Part shown: positions 9,380 through 19,759 of the stretch, piece by piece
Layout of the letters: each line of letters opens with the position of its first letter
Numbering within the stretch: position 1 is the stretch's first letter
Origin: an uncultured Thermoleophilia bacterium
Lineage (GTDB): Bacteria > Actinomycetota > Thermoleophilia > UBA2241
Assembly: GCA_963700035.1 (NCBI GenBank)
Contig: CAVOWE010000008.1
Coordinates: forward strand, 46,452-110,451
Direction of reading: 5' to 3'
DNA: 64,000 nucleotides
Translations under genes and position numbers: made by a program
Notes under the pieces: model-generated
Told to the model about the DNA's origin: nothing
The model's database searches: none
Seen by the model: only the letters and a program-made list of their open reading frames with translations

Positions 9380-9841
9380 ATGAGGGAGAGCAGAGAGGAA
9401 CTTGAGGCGATGATCGAGGCCACGCTGGCCGAACGCTTCCCCGAGGTCGAGCTCGTCGATCTCGAGGTGCGCGGCGGCCCCGCCGGCACGCTGACGCTGT
9501 TCGTCGACCGGCCCGGTGGCGTCGATCTCGAGCTGTGCGCGGCGGTCAGCCAGGCGCTGGACGACGTCCGTGAGCGCCATGCGCTCGAGGTCTCCTCACC
9601 GGGCCTGGACCGGCGGCTGCGCAAGCCCGCGCATTTCGCCGCGGCGCTGGGCCGCGACGTCGCCGTCAAGCTGGCGACACCGCGCGACGGGCGCAGCAAC
9701 TTCCGCGGCGTCCTCACGGCGTCGGACGCCACGGGCGTCACTCTCGACCTCTCCGACGGCGGCACCGCCACGCTGCCGCTCGCAGACATCGCCAAGGCGC
9801 ACGTGGTCTACAACTTTGCTACTGATGGAGGCCACCCGTGA
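9380..9841 (+). CDS. rimP: ribosome maturation factor RimP
   Basis: About 153 aa from ATG 9380. Position directly upstream of nusA with GTGA overlap. RimP-like LEVSSPGLDRRL motif. Confidence 0.85.
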   Translation: MRESREELEAMIEATLAERFPEVELVDLEVRGGPAGTLTLFVDRPGGVDLELCAAVSQALDDVRERHALEVSSPGLDRRLRKPAHFAAALGRDVAVKLATPRDGRSNFRGVLTASDATGVTLDLSDGGTATLPLADIAKAHVVYNFATDGGHP

Positions 9842-11130
9842 GTAAGGACATCATCGAGGCGTTGCGACAGATCGAGAAGGAGAAGGGCATCGCCTTTGAG
9901 GCCCTCGTCGAGGCGCTCGAAGACGCGTTGCTCTCCGCCTACAAGAAGACGACCCATGCCGTTGAGCACGCCAAGGTCGAGGTCGACACGGAGACCGGCG
10001 ACATGCGCGTCTACGAGCTCATCTTCCCGGAGCACATCGACGTCGAGTCCCTCAAGGTGCACGACGAGGAGGGCGAGGAGATCGGGCTCGACCTCTCGAG
10101 CGTCGACATGAGCGAGGTCGAGCGTATCGAGGTCACCCCCGACGACTTCGGGCGCATCGCCGCGCAGACCGCCAAGCAGGTCATCCTGCAGCGTATCCGC
10201 GAGGCCGAGCGCGACCTCATGTACGAGGAGTACATCGACCGCGTCGGCGAGCTCGTCACCGGCATCGTGCAGCAGAGCGACCCGCGGCACAACACGCTGG
10301 TCGAGCTCGGCCGCGTCGAGGCCGAGCTCCCGCGCGGCGAGCAGATCGAGACCGAGCACTACGACCACGGCGCGCGCATCAAGGCCGTCATCATGCGCGT
10401 CGAGGATTCCGCCAAGGGCCCGCAGGTCAAGCTGTCGCGGCGCAGCGAGGAGCTCGTGCGGCAGCTCTTCGAGCTCGAGGTGCCGGAGATCGCCGACGGC
10501 CTCGTCGAGATCAAGCAGGTGGCCCGTGAGACCGGCTACCGCGGCCGCGACGGCAAGCCTGTGCCCGGGCGCTGCAAGATCGCCGTGATCTCGCACGCCG
10601 ACGGCGTCGACCCGGTGGGCGCCTGCGTCGGGCCGCGCGGCTCGCGCGTGCGCATGGTGGTCAGCGAGCTGCGCGGCGAGCGCATCGACATCATCCCGTA
10701 CAACGACGACCCGGCGCGCTTCGTCGCCAAGGCGCTCTCACCGGCTCGCGTGCGCGAGGTCATCGTCGACGACGAGGAGCGCTCGGCGACCATCATCGTG
10801 CCCGACGACCAGCTGTCGCTGGCCATCGGCAAGGAGGGCCAGAACGCCCGCCTGGCGAGCAAGCTCACGGGCTGGCGCATCGACATCAAGAGCCAGCAGC
10901 AGATGGCCGAAGCCGAGAACAGCATGGAGTTCGGCGACGACGAAGGCGTCGACGGCCAGTGCATGGCCGTCATGCGCACGGGCAAGCGCTGCCCCAACCA
11001 GGCCGAGCCTTCGTCGCGCTACTGCAGCATCCACGCCGACTACGTCGAGCCTGCGCCGGTCGTCAGGGCCGAGGCCGCGGCGGCCGACGAAGCGCCCGAG
11101 GCTCCCGCAGCGGAGGCCGGCGAGGAGTGA
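9838..11130 (+). CDS. nusA: transcription termination/antitermination factor NusA with an extra Cys-rich acidic tail
   Basis: 430 aa. Contains S1 and two KH domains ([24 protein letters not shown]). C-terminal about 70 aa extension. Confidence 0.95.
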   Translation: MSKDIIEALRQIEKEKGIAFEALVEALEDALLSAYKKTTHAVEHAKVEVDTETGDMRVYELIFPEHIDVESLKVHDEEGEEIGLDLSSVDMSEVERIEVTPDDFGRIAAQTAKQVILQRIREAERDLMYEEYIDRVGELVTGIVQQSDPRHNTLVELGRVEAELPRGEQIETEHYDHGARIKAVIMRVEDSAKGPQVKLSRRSEELVRQLFELEVPEIADGLVEIKQVARETGYRGRDGKPVPGRCKIAVISHADGVDPVGACVGPRGSRVRMVVSELRGERIDIIPYNDDPARFVAKALSPARVREVIVDDEERSATIIVPDDQLSLAIGKEGQNARLASKLTGWRIDIKSQQQMAEAENSMEFGDDEGVDGQCMAVMRTGKRCPNQAEPSSRYCSIHADYVEPAPVVRAEAAAADEAPEAPAAEAGEE

Positions 11131-11132
11131 CC

Positions 11133-11420
11133 GTGGCGCCGGCCCCCGAACGCACCTGTATCGGCTGCCGCCGCAAGCGCGGCCAGGCCGAGCTGGTCCG
11201 TCTCACCAACGAAGCGGGACGCGTGGTGCCCGCTCGCCCCGGTGCGCCGGGGCGGAGCGCGTATCTGTGCCCCGAACAGACGTGTCTTGAGGCCGCGGAC
11301 AAACGGCGCGCATTTGCGCGCGCCTTCCGCGGCCCGGTGATCATCGATCCCGCAGTGCGCCGCGCTGTGGCGCGAACAGACGAATGTGCGGTACAGCCGC
11401 GTCGCCCCGCACCGAAGTGA
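11133..11420 (+). CDS. ylxR: YlxR (DUF448) family RNA-binding protein
   Basis: RTCIGCRRKR..ELVRL ... GRSAYLCP motif. GTG 11133 lies 2 nt after the nusA stop. Confidence 0.85.
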   Translation: MAPAPERTCIGCRRKRGQAELVRLTNEAGRVVPARPGAPGRSAYLCPEQTCLEAADKRRAFARAFRGPVIIDPAVRRAVARTDECAVQPRRPAPK

Positions 11421-11456
11421 GCCTGCGGCGGCTACTGACGAAAGGCGGTGAGGTGA

Positions 11457-13535
11457 ATGGCGCAGAAACGCAAGGTCTCCGATATCGCGACCCAGCGAGG
11501 GACGAGCGTCGATGACGTTCTCGCCCACCTCAAGAAGGCGGGCATCGAGATCGTCGACGGCGAAGTCAACGTGGACGACGAAGCCATCGAGAAGGCGTAT
11601 GCGGCCCCGGCGGGCGGCGTGCGGCGCCGGGCCGGAGGCCCGGGCGGCAAGCGCCGCCGCGTGATCATCGACGCCGGCGCCTCGCGCCGCGGCGGCGGCC
11701 CTCAGGGTGGCCGCGGCCGCCGCGGTGGCCGCGGCCGCGGTCACGACCGCGACGAGCAGCCGGCCGCGCCCGTGGTCCCGACCGGCCTGGTCAGAGTCCC
11801 GTCGGGCTCCACCGTCAAGGACATCTCCCAGCTGCTGGGCGTCCCCACGCCCGAGATCATCAAGGCGCTCATGGGCTACGGCGAGATGGTCACCATCACG
11901 CAGACGCTCAGCGACGAGGCCATCGAAGTCCTCGCCACCGACTTCGGTCGCGAGGTCGAGATCACGCACGCCGCCGACGAAGAGGCCGAGCTCGAGGCCG
12001 AAGCCGTCGACGACCCCAAGGACCTCAAGCCCCGCGCTTCCGTCATCACCGTCATGGGTCACGTCGACCACGGCAAGACGAGCTTGCTCGACGCGATCCG
12101 CGACACCGCCGTGGCGGCCGGCGAGGCCGGCGGGATCACGCAGCACATCGGCGCCTACCAGGTGCAGCACAACGGCCAGCTCGTGACGTTCATCGACACG
12201 CCCGGCCACGCCGCGTTCACCGCCATGCGCGCCCGCGGCGCCAAGGTCACCGACATCGCCGCCATCGTGGTGGCCGCCGACGACGGGGTGATGCCCCAGA
12301 CCGTGGAGGCCATCGACCACGCCAAGGCTGCCGGCGTCCCCGTCGTGATCGTCGTCAACAAGATCGACAAGCCCGAGGCCAATGTCGATCGGCTCAAGCA
12401 GCAGCTCAGCGAGCAGGGCATCATCCCGGAGGACTGGGGCGGCGACACCGTGTTCGTCGAGGCGAGCGCCAAGCAGCGCATCGGACTCGACAACTTCCTC
12501 GACATGCTCCTGCTGGTGGCCGAGGTCGCCGACCTCAGGGCCAACGCCGACGCTCCGGCCAGTGGCTTCGTCATCGAGTCGCGCGTCGACGCCGGCCGCG
12601 GCGTCGTCGCCACGATCCTCGTGAACCGCGGCACGCTCCACGTCGGCGACGCGGTCGTCGCCGGCGAGGCCAGCGGCCGCGTGCGCGCCATGCGCGACTT
12701 CAAGGGCGACCCGCTCAAGAGCGGCGGCCCGTCCACGCCGGTCGAGATCGTCGGCTTCGACGACCTTCCGGTGGCCGGCGAGTTCTGCCGCGTGGTCAAG
12801 GACGAGCGCATGGCGCGCTCGTTGGCCCACCGGCGCGCCAACCGCCTCAAGACCGAGGCTCTCGCCAAGCAGCGCGCGCTCACCCTCGACGACATCTTCG
12901 CGCGCATCGCCGCGGGCAAGGTGCTCGACCTCAACCTCGTGGTCAAGGCCGACGTGCAGGGCAGCCTCGAGGCGCTCAGCGACGCGCTGCTCATGATCCA
13001 GCATCCCGAGGTCAAGGTGCGCGTCATCCACTCGGGCGTGGGCGGCATCAACGAGAACGACATCATGCTGGCCAGCGCCTCCGCGGCCATCATCATCGGC
13101 TTCAACGTGAGGCCGAGCCCCGCGGCCACCGCGCTCGCCGAGAGCGAAGGCGTCGACGTGCGCACGTACCGGGTCATCTACAAGGTCACCGAGGACATCA
13201 CGGCGGCCCTGGTCGGCATGCTCAAGCCGACCATCGAGGAGGTCGTGCTCGGGCAGGCAGAGGTCCGCACGACCTTCAAGGCCTCCAAGCTGGGCACCAT
13301 CGCCGGCTGCATGGTCACGCACGGCGTGATGACCCGCAACGCGAGTGTGCGCGTGCTACGCAGCGACGTCGTCGTCCACGACGGCAAGATGGGCTCCCTC
13401 AAGCGCTTCGCCGAAGACGCGCGCGAGGTGGCCGAGGGGTTCGAGTGCGGCATCCTGCTCGACGGCTTCAACGACCTCAAGGAAGGGGACGTTCTGGAGG
13501 CGTACGAGACCCGAGAAGTCGCTCGTGAGGCCTGA
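11457..13535 (+). CDS. infB: translation initiation factor IF-2
   Basis: 692 aa. GTPase motifs GHVDHGKTS, DTPGH, NKID. RBS GGTGAGGTGA upstream of the ATG. Confidence 0.97.
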   Translation: MAQKRKVSDIATQRGTSVDDVLAHLKKAGIEIVDGEVNVDDEAIEKAYAAPAGGVRRRAGGPGGKRRRVIIDAGASRRGGGPQGGRGRRGGRGRGHDRDEQPAAPVVPTGLVRVPSGSTVKDISQLLGVPTPEIIKALMGYGEMVTITQTLSDEAIEVLATDFGREVEITHAADEEAELEAEAVDDPKDLKPRASVITVMGHVDHGKTSLLDAIRDTAVAAGEAGGITQHIGAYQVQHNGQLVTFIDTPGHAAFTAMRARGAKVTDIAAIVVAADDGVMPQTVEAIDHAKAAGVPVVIVVNKIDKPEANVDRLKQQLSEQGIIPEDWGGDTVFVEASAKQRIGLDNFLDMLLLVAEVADLRANADAPASGFVIESRVDAGRGVVATILVNRGTLHVGDAVVAGEASGRVRAMRDFKGDPLKSGGPSTPVEIVGFDDLPVAGEFCRVVKDERMARSLAHRRANRLKTEALAKQRALTLDDIFARIAAGKVLDLNLVVKADVQGSLEALSDALLMIQHPEVKVRVIHSGVGGINENDIMLASASAAIIIGFNVRPSPAATALAESEGVDVRTYRVIYKVTEDITAALVGMLKPTIEEVVLGQAEVRTTFKASKLGTIAGCMVTHGVMTRNASVRVLRSDVVVHDGKMGSLKRFAEDAREVAEGFECGILLDGFNDLKEGDVLEAYETREVAREA

Positions 13536-13849
13536 CGCCTGCATCGGCGTCCTTCTCGCGGAGCTGCACTTCCCGGTCGGCCGGTCGCTGAAGGAGAAGC
13601 GCGCGCCGCTCACCTCGCTGCGTGACGTGGTGCACAGCCGCTTCCGCGCCTCGTTCAGCGAGGTGGGCCTGCAGGACGTGTGGCAGCGCGCCCGCGTGCT
13701 CATCGTCGTGGCCGCCTCCTCGCTGCAGCAGGCGCGCGAACGCCTCGACGACATCGACCGCTACCTCCACGGGCAGAGATTTCGAAGTGGCGCGCGTGCT
13801 CATCAAGACAACGGACACGGTGGAGACCCTGTGGGACATCGACTCCTGA
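13525..13849 (+). pseudogene. DUF503 (YlxP-like) protein, one frameshift near 13775
   Basis: GTG 13525 overlaps the infB end. LLAELHFPVGRSLKEKR... is in frame 1. The expected C-terminus DFEVARVLIKTTDTVETLWDIDS* is in frame 2 (ORF 13622..13849). Without the shift the ORF runs into rbfA. Confidence 0.7.
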
Positions 13850-14241
13850 GGATCAACGCAAGCATCAAGGAGACCCTCTCGTCGGTCATCACCGCCGAGG
13901 GCCTCAAGGACCCCCGCGTGGGGTTCGTGACGGTCACCGGCGTGGAGACTTCGCCCGACCAGCGCTACGCCAAGGTCTACGTCAGCGTGCTGGGCAAGCA
14001 GGCGGAGCGCGAGGCCACGATGCAGGCGCTGGACAAGTCGAAGGGGTTCCTGCAGGCGCGCATCAACGCTTCGCTGCACATGAAACGCACGCCGCAGTTG
14101 GAGTTCGTGTACGACAGCACGCTCGACAACGCCCTGCACATCGAGACGCTCATGAAGCGCGAGGAAGAAGCACTGGGCAGCGAAGCCCCGCACATCGTCG
14201 TCGACGGCGACAGCGACGACGGGGAAGAGGGGCTCGCGTGA
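13831..14241 (+). CDS. rbfA: ribosome-binding factor A
   Basis: RINASIKETLSSVI...DPRVGFVTVTGVETSPD..AKVYVSV is typical RbfA. GTG 13831 overlaps the DUF503 stop. Confidence 0.85.
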   Translation: MGHRLLRINASIKETLSSVITAEGLKDPRVGFVTVTGVETSPDQRYAKVYVSVLGKQAEREATMQALDKSKGFLQARINASLHMKRTPQLEFVYDSTLDNALHIETLMKREEEALGSEAPHIVVDGDSDDGEEGLA

Positions 14242-15215
14242 AGGCGCTGTCCTCCGAGCTTGCGGCGGTGTGCCGGCGCCTGAAGAGCGAGCGCGCCGTA
14301 GCGCTGGCCGTTCACGAACGGCCCGACGTCGACGCGCTCGGCGCCGCCGCCGGCATGCTCGATCTGTGCGCGCAGCTCGGCGTCGAGTGTCGTCTGCACG
14401 TCGACCAGGACGAGGTCCTGCCGTTCGAGGAGTTGCTGCTCCCGTTCGGCACGGTGACCCGCGGCCTGCCGCCGGCCCGCCGCCCCCTGTACGCGCTCGA
14501 CTCCGGCAGCCTCGAGCGCCTGGCGCTCCCGCTCAAGACCTGGGACGGGTTCGTCGTCAACATCGATCATCACCACGACAACACGCGGTTCGGCGACGTG
14601 GTCTACGTGCGCGGGGAGGCGAGCAGCACCAGCGAGCTGGTCTGCGACATCGCCCGCACTCTCGGGCTGCGTCCGTCCCGGCACGCGGCCGACGCCTTGC
14701 TCGCGGGGATCTCGTTCGACACGGGGCACTTCCGCCACGACAGCACCTCCGCCGCCACCTTCGAGACGGCGGCCTGGCTGGTCGGACTCGGCGCCGGGGT
14801 GACCCGGGTGTTCTCGATGCTCTACGAGCAGGGCTCGGTCGAAGCGCTGCGCCTCTGGGCGCGCGCCATCGCCGGCGCCCAGGTCGTGGCCGGCGGACGG
14901 GCCCTGGTCGCCACGCTGCGGCTCGACGACTACGCCGCCGTCGGCGCCGGCGAGGAAGAGACCGAGGGCATCGTCGACAGCCTGCGCAGCGTCGGCGGCG
15001 TCGAGGTCGCGGCCCTCGTCAAGGAGCAGAGCCGCGGTCCGCGCGTCCGCGTGAGCCTGCGTTCGAACGCCCACGACGTCAGCGCGATCGCCGCGCTCAG
15101 AGGCGGAGGCGGTCATCGCCTGGCCGCCGGCTTCTCCGGCGACGACGGCCCGGAGGAGGTGGCCGCGTGGCTCAGTTCCGAACTCGAAAGGCGCCTCTCG
15201 ACGGCGTCCTGCTGA
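14238..15215 (+). CDS. nrnA: DHH-family phosphoesterase (NrnA-like oligoribonuclease / pAp phosphatase)
   Basis: DHH motifs HERPDVDALG, NIDHHHDN and GGGH near the C-terminus. GTG 14238 overlaps the rbfA stop (GTGA). Confidence 0.8.
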   Translation: MKALSSELAAVCRRLKSERAVALAVHERPDVDALGAAAGMLDLCAQLGVECRLHVDQDEVLPFEELLLPFGTVTRGLPPARRPLYALDSGSLERLALPLKTWDGFVVNIDHHHDNTRFGDVVYVRGEASSTSELVCDIARTLGLRPSRHAADALLAGISFDTGHFRHDSTSAATFETAAWLVGLGAGVTRVFSMLYEQGSVEALRLWARAIAGAQVVAGGRALVATLRLDDYAAVGAGEEETEGIVDSLRSVGGVEVAALVKEQSRGPRVRVSLRSNAHDVSAIAALRGGGGHRLAAGFSGDDGPEEVAAWLSSELERRLSTASC

Positions 15216-16079
15216 TCGACAAGCCCGCGGGCTTCACGTCGCACGACGTCGTCGCCCGGGTGCGCCGCCAGGTTCGGCCCGCGGTCAAGAAGGTGGGCCA
15301 CGCGGGCACCCTCGACCCGTTCGCGACCGGCCTCCTCGTGGTGCTCGTCGGCCGGGCGACCAAGCTGGCGCGCTTCTTCGTCGACCTGCCCAAGGAGTAC
15401 GAGTGCACCATGAGGTTCGGCGTGCGCTCCGACACCGGCGACCTCACCGGCGACCTCTCGGAGACGGGTGAGACGACGACCCGCGAGGCCGTCGCAGCCG
15501 TCCTGCCGGGCTTCCTGGGCGCCGTCGTGCAGCAGGTGCCCATGACCTCCGCCGTCAAGGTCGACGGGGAGCGCCTGTACAAGAAGGCGCACCGCGGCGA
15601 GGTCGTCGAGACCCCGCTCAAAGAGGTGCAGATCGACGCCATCGACGTCCTCGAGTTCGACGCCGCGGCGCAGACGATGCGCTGCCGCGTCGCCTGCTCA
15701 AAGGGCACCTACGTGCGCCAGCTCGCCATCGACATCGGCGAGGCGGTGGGCGCCGGGGCGCACCTCGTGCAGCTCTCGCGCGTCGGCGACCGGTGACCTG
15801 CGCCTCGACGACGCCCAGACGCTCGCCGCCTTCGAAGAAGCTGTCGCCGCCCGAGAGCCGGGGGACGAACGCATCCCCGGCCTGGTCGACCCGGCCGCCG
15901 CCCTGAGGTTCATGCCCGGCATCGAACTCTCCGCCGCCCAGGTGACGGCGGTGCGTAACGGTGCCCGCCTGCCGGGCGGACCGCCCGAGCCGGTGCGGCT
16001 CACGTACCGCGGCGAGCTCATCGCCATCTACGGGCCGACTGAAGAAGGCCACGCCCTCAAGCTGCTCGTCAAGGTCTGA
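15167..16079 (+). pseudogene. truB: tRNA pseudouridine-55 synthase TruB, one frameshift at about 15790
   Basis: LLIDKPAGFTSHDVV and GHAGTLDP motifs lie in frame 2, which stops at 15796. The PUA-like C-terminus GDLRLDDAQTL...LTYRGELIAIY continues in frame 0 to the TGA at 16077-16079, overlapping the ribF ATG. Confidence 0.85.
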
Positions 16080-17053
16080 TGCGGGTCGTCACCGATCTGG
16101 CGAACCTCGAGCGCCGCCCGCGAGCTCTGGCGATCGGGACTTTCGACGGCGTCCACGCCGGTCACCGCGCCGTGATCGGTCAGGCCGTCTCCCTGGCCGC
16201 CGAACGCGGTCTCCTCGGCTCGGTCGTCACCTTCGACCGGCACCCGTTGTCGGTGGTCGACCCCTCTCATGCGCCGCGCCTGCTGACGCCCCTGACCGAG
16301 AAGATCCGGCTCATCGAGGAGCTGGGGCCCGAGGAGCTCGTGCTCATGCCGTTCGACGAGGGGCTCGCGGCGCTCACCCCGGCGGGCTTCTGCGACCAGG
16401 TGCTGAGCGAAGCGCTCCAGGCGCGCGTGGTCGTCGTCGGCGAGAACTTCAACTTCGGCGCCGGCGGCGCCGGCGACGCCGCCCGCCTGCGCACCTGCGG
16501 CGCCGCGCACGGCTTCGAGACCGTGGCCGTGAGCCTCGTCACCGAGCACGGCAAGACCATCAGCTCGACGCGCATCCGCCGGCTGCTCAAACGCGGCGAG
16601 CTCGAAGAGGTGCGTGAGATCCTCGGCCGGCCGCCCTCGGCGGCCGGCGTCGTCGTCGCCGGCGACCGGCGCGGCCGCACCCTGGGCGTGCCGACCGCCA
16701 ACATCGACGTGGAGGCGGGCACGATCTTTCCCGGCCGCGGCGTCTACGCGGCCCGCGTTCTCGTGGACGGCGTGTGGTACCGGGCGGCCGTCAACATCGG
16801 TCACAACCCGACCTTCCGCAGCAAGGCGGTCGAGACGACGCACGTCACCGTCGAGGCGTTTCTGCTGGGCTTCAGCGGCGACATCTACGAGCGTCCCATC
16901 CGCGTCGATTTCCTTCACAAGATCCGCGACGAGCAGCGTTTCGACACGGTCGACCAGCTCGTCGCACAGATGCGCCGTGACATCGCCGAGACGGCCGGCC
17001 TCGCAGACCCCGCGTTCGTCCAGATCGGCCTCGGGGCGCCGGCGGCCCCCTGA
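16079..17053 (+). CDS. ribF: bifunctional riboflavin kinase / FAD synthetase
   Basis: 324 aa. [10 protein letters not shown] nucleotidyltransferase motif and a C-terminal riboflavin kinase domain ([15 protein letters not shown]). Confidence 0.92.
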   Translation: MRVVTDLANLERRPRALAIGTFDGVHAGHRAVIGQAVSLAAERGLLGSVVTFDRHPLSVVDPSHAPRLLTPLTEKIRLIEELGPEELVLMPFDEGLAALTPAGFCDQVLSEALQARVVVVGENFNFGAGGAGDAARLRTCGAAHGFETVAVSLVTEHGKTISSTRIRRLLKRGELEEVREILGRPPSAAGVVVAGDRRGRTLGVPTANIDVEAGTIFPGRGVYAARVLVDGVWYRAAVNIGHNPTFRSKAVETTHVTVEAFLLGFSGDIYERPIRVDFLHKIRDEQRFDTVDQLVAQMRRDIAETAGLADPAFVQIGLGAPAAP

Positions 17054-17083
17054 GCCGCGCGGCGGCCGGCGGCCCGACGCCGA

Positions 17084-17116
17084 CCGGGTGGGCCTGCGCG
17101 GCGGCCCGGTTTCTCT
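17084..17116 (+). terminator. weak terminator-like hairpin after ribF
   Basis: GGGCC-tgcgcggc-GGCCC stem (extendable), followed by GGTTTCTCT. The stem is modest. Confidence 0.3.
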
Positions 17117-17217
17117 GCCGCCGTTGCCTGTGCTACCCTAGCTCGACCGTTTTCTCGGTTGCGGGCAGCCAACCCGCTACTGGGTTCCCGGATACTCCTG
17201 TGAGGGAGGTGAACACC

Positions 17218-17487
17218 ATGGCAGTCACCAAGGACGTCAAAGAGACCATCATCGCCAAGCACGCCAAGCACGACGGCGACACCGGCTCCCCCGAGGTACA
17301 GATCGCGCTCCTCACCGCGCGCATCGAGACCCTCACCGACCACCTCAAGACGCACAAGAAGGACCACCACAGCCGGCGCGGCCTCCTCAAGATGGTCGGC
17401 CAGCGCCGCCGCCTTCTCAACTACCTGCAGGCGCGCGACCTCGATCGGTATCGCGCACTGGTCAAGGAGCTCGAGCTCCGCAAGTAA
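17218..17487 (+). CDS. rpsO: 30S ribosomal protein S15
   Basis: 89 aa from ATG 17218 with [39 protein letters not shown] signature. Confidence 0.95.
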   Translation: MAVTKDVKETIIAKHAKHDGDTGSPEVQIALLTARIETLTDHLKTHKKDHHSRRGLLKMVGQRRRLLNYLQARDLDRYRALVKELELRK

Positions 17488-17601
17488 CCCAGCCACACGG
17501 CGCGCAGAGCGCCTCATCAGTCGTCACGTGCCTCTGAGTCACGGACGAGAGAGAACCCGCGCGCAATGGGGCGCCGGGTCATCAGGAAGACGAAGGAAGA
17601 G

Positions 17602-19698
17602 ATGAACACAGTAGAAGTCGAGGTCGGGGGCAAGAAGATCACCCTCGAGACCGGGCGTCTGGCCAAACAGGCCGGCGGAGCAGTGCTCGTGCGCTGCGGC
17701 GACACGATGGTGCTCGTCAGCGCCGTGGGTCGCACCGAAGGACGCGAGGGGCAGGATTTCTTCCCCCTCACGGTCGACGTCGAGGAGCGGCACTACGCTG
17801 CCGGCAAGATCCCCGGCGGTTTCATCAAGCGTGAGTCGCGGCCCAGCGAGAAGGCCATCCTCGCCGCGCGCCAGATCGACCGGCCCATTCGGCCGCTGTT
17901 CCCCAAGGGGTACATGAACGAGGTCCACGTGGTGGCCACCGTGCTGTCCGTCGACCTCGAGAACAACTACGACGTGCTCGCCACGCTGGGCGCCTCGGCG
18001 GCCCTGGGTCTCAGCGAGATCCCGTTCCTCGGCCCGATCGGATCCGTGCGCGTGGGGCGTATCGAGGACGAGTTCGTGATCAACCCCACCCTCACCGAGA
18101 TCCAGGACGAGTCCGAGCTCGACCTCGTGGTCACCGGCACCAGAGACGCCATCGTCATGGTCGAGGCCGGCGCGAACCAGGTCTCCGAGGCTCTCGTCGT
18201 CGAGGCCCTGCGCCTCGCTCACGACGAGATCAAGAAGCTCATCGATGTGCAGCTCGAGCTGCAGCGCCAGTGCGGCAAGCCCAAGTGGGACGTACCGGCG
18301 TGGACCGTGGATGAGGGCATCCTCGCCGAGGTCCGTGGCCAGTACGGCGCCGCTCTGGACGCCGCCACGCAGGCGGCGGACAAGAAGGAGCGTCAGGACG
18401 CCACCTCCGAGGTCAAGAAGGCTGCCGTCGAGGCCCTCCTCAACGAGGACTCGCCGGCCGAGCGCGTGACACACGTCAAGCGCGCGCTCGCCCAGGTCGA
18501 GAAGGACCTCGTGCGCAATCGCATCGCGGTGCAGAAGCGCCGCCCCGACGGCCGCGGCACCGACGAGGTCCGCCAGATCACCTGCGAGGTGGGTGTGGTC
18601 CCGCGCGTCCACGGCAGCGCCCTCTTCACGCGCGGCGAGACGCAGGCCCTGAGCCTCCTGACGCTCGGTGGCACGGGCGAGTTCCAGCGCATCGACGGCC
18701 TCGGCATCGAGGACAAGAAGCGCTACATCCACCACTACAACTTCCCGCCGTTCTCGGTGGGCGAGACCGGCTTCATGCGCGGCCCCAAGCGCCGCGACAT
18801 CGGCCACGGCGCCCTCGCCGAGCGCGCCCTGCTGCCGGTCCTCCCGGACGAGCTGGACTTCCCCTACACCACGCGCATCGTCTCGGAGATCCTCGAGAGC
18901 AACGGCTCGTCCTCGATGGCCAGCGTGTGCGGCTCGACCCTGGCGCTCATGGACGCCGGCGTGCAGATCAGCGCGCCGGTGGCCGGCACCGCCATGGGCC
19001 TGATCAAGGAGGGTGACGCCTACGTCGTCCTCACCGACATCGCCGGCGTCGAAGACCACCTCGGCGACATGGACTTCAAGGTCGCCGGCACCGCCGACGG
19101 CATCACGGCTCTGCAGATGGACATCAAGATCACCGGTGTCACGTTCGAGATCCTCACCGAGGCGCTCGAGCAGGCGCGCAAGGCACGGCTCTTCATCCTC
19201 GAGCGCATGCTCGCCACCCTTCCCGAGCCGCGCAGCGAGCTCTCGGAGTGGGCGCCGCGCATCTTCAGCATCCAGATCAACCCCGACCAGATCGGCCTCA
19301 TCATCGGCAAGGGCGGCGAGACCATCCGCGGCATGACCGACGAGTTCGGCGCCGACATCGACATCCAGGAAGACGGGACGATCTTCATCTGCGCCCCCGA
19401 CCAGGAAGCCGCCGAAGGCGTCATGAACCGCATCCAGGCCATGACCAAAGAGATCGAGGTCGGCGACGTGTTCACCGGTCGCGTGGTCAAGACCACCGAC
19501 TTCGGCGCCTTCGTGGAGCTCAAGAAGGGCACCGACGGCCTGCTGCACATCTCGCGTCTCGGCCAGAAGGGCGAGCGCGTGAAGTCGGTCGAGGACGTCG
19601 TCAGTCGCGGCGACACGGTGACCGTCGAGGTCGTGGAGATCGACAAGGCACGCAATCGCATCGGGCTGACGCTGCTCAAGAAGCCCGACGCCGAGTAG
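17602..19698 (+). CDS. pnp: polyribonucleotide nucleotidyltransferase (PNPase)
   Basis: Two RNase PH domains, KH (GKGGETIRG) and S1 ([15 protein letters not shown]). ATG 17602 ([11 protein letters not shown]) preceded by GAAGGAAGAG. Confidence 0.97.
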   Translation: MNTVEVEVGGKKITLETGRLAKQAGGAVLVRCGDTMVLVSAVGRTEGREGQDFFPLTVDVEERHYAAGKIPGGFIKRESRPSEKAILAARQIDRPIRPLFPKGYMNEVHVVATVLSVDLENNYDVLATLGASAALGLSEIPFLGPIGSVRVGRIEDEFVINPTLTEIQDESELDLVVTGTRDAIVMVEAGANQVSEALVVEALRLAHDEIKKLIDVQLELQRQCGKPKWDVPAWTVDEGILAEVRGQYGAALDAATQAADKKERQDATSEVKKAAVEALLNEDSPAERVTHVKRALAQVEKDLVRNRIAVQKRRPDGRGTDEVRQITCEVGVVPRVHGSALFTRGETQALSLLTLGGTGEFQRIDGLGIEDKKRYIHHYNFPPFSVGETGFMRGPKRRDIGHGALAERALLPVLPDELDFPYTTRIVSEILESNGSSSMASVCGSTLALMDAGVQISAPVAGTAMGLIKEGDAYVVLTDIAGVEDHLGDMDFKVAGTADGITALQMDIKITGVTFEILTEALEQARKARLFILERMLATLPEPRSELSEWAPRIFSIQINPDQIGLIIGKGGETIRGMTDEFGADIDIQEDGTIFICAPDQEAAEGVMNRIQAMTKEIEVGDVFTGRVVKTTDFGAFVELKKGTDGLLHISRLGQKGERVKSVEDVVSRGDTVTVEVVEIDKARNRIGLTLLKKPDAE

Positions 19699-19759
19699 CA
19701 GGGAGCGGGGGAAGGCCACGGAGGCCTACCGCCTCTCAACGCTGGACAACGGCCTGCGC

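Noticed and set aside
11040-13322. Very long antisense ORFs opposite real genes. Examples: 760 aa opposite infB, 726 aa at 17539..19719 opposite pnp, 597 aa at 33901..35694 opposite rny, and 566 aa at 19736..21436.
   Set aside because: Their translations are low-complexity and rich in R/A/G/D/H/L with no motifs. The opposite strand encodes unmistakable conserved proteins. Long stop-free antisense frames are expected at this GC content.
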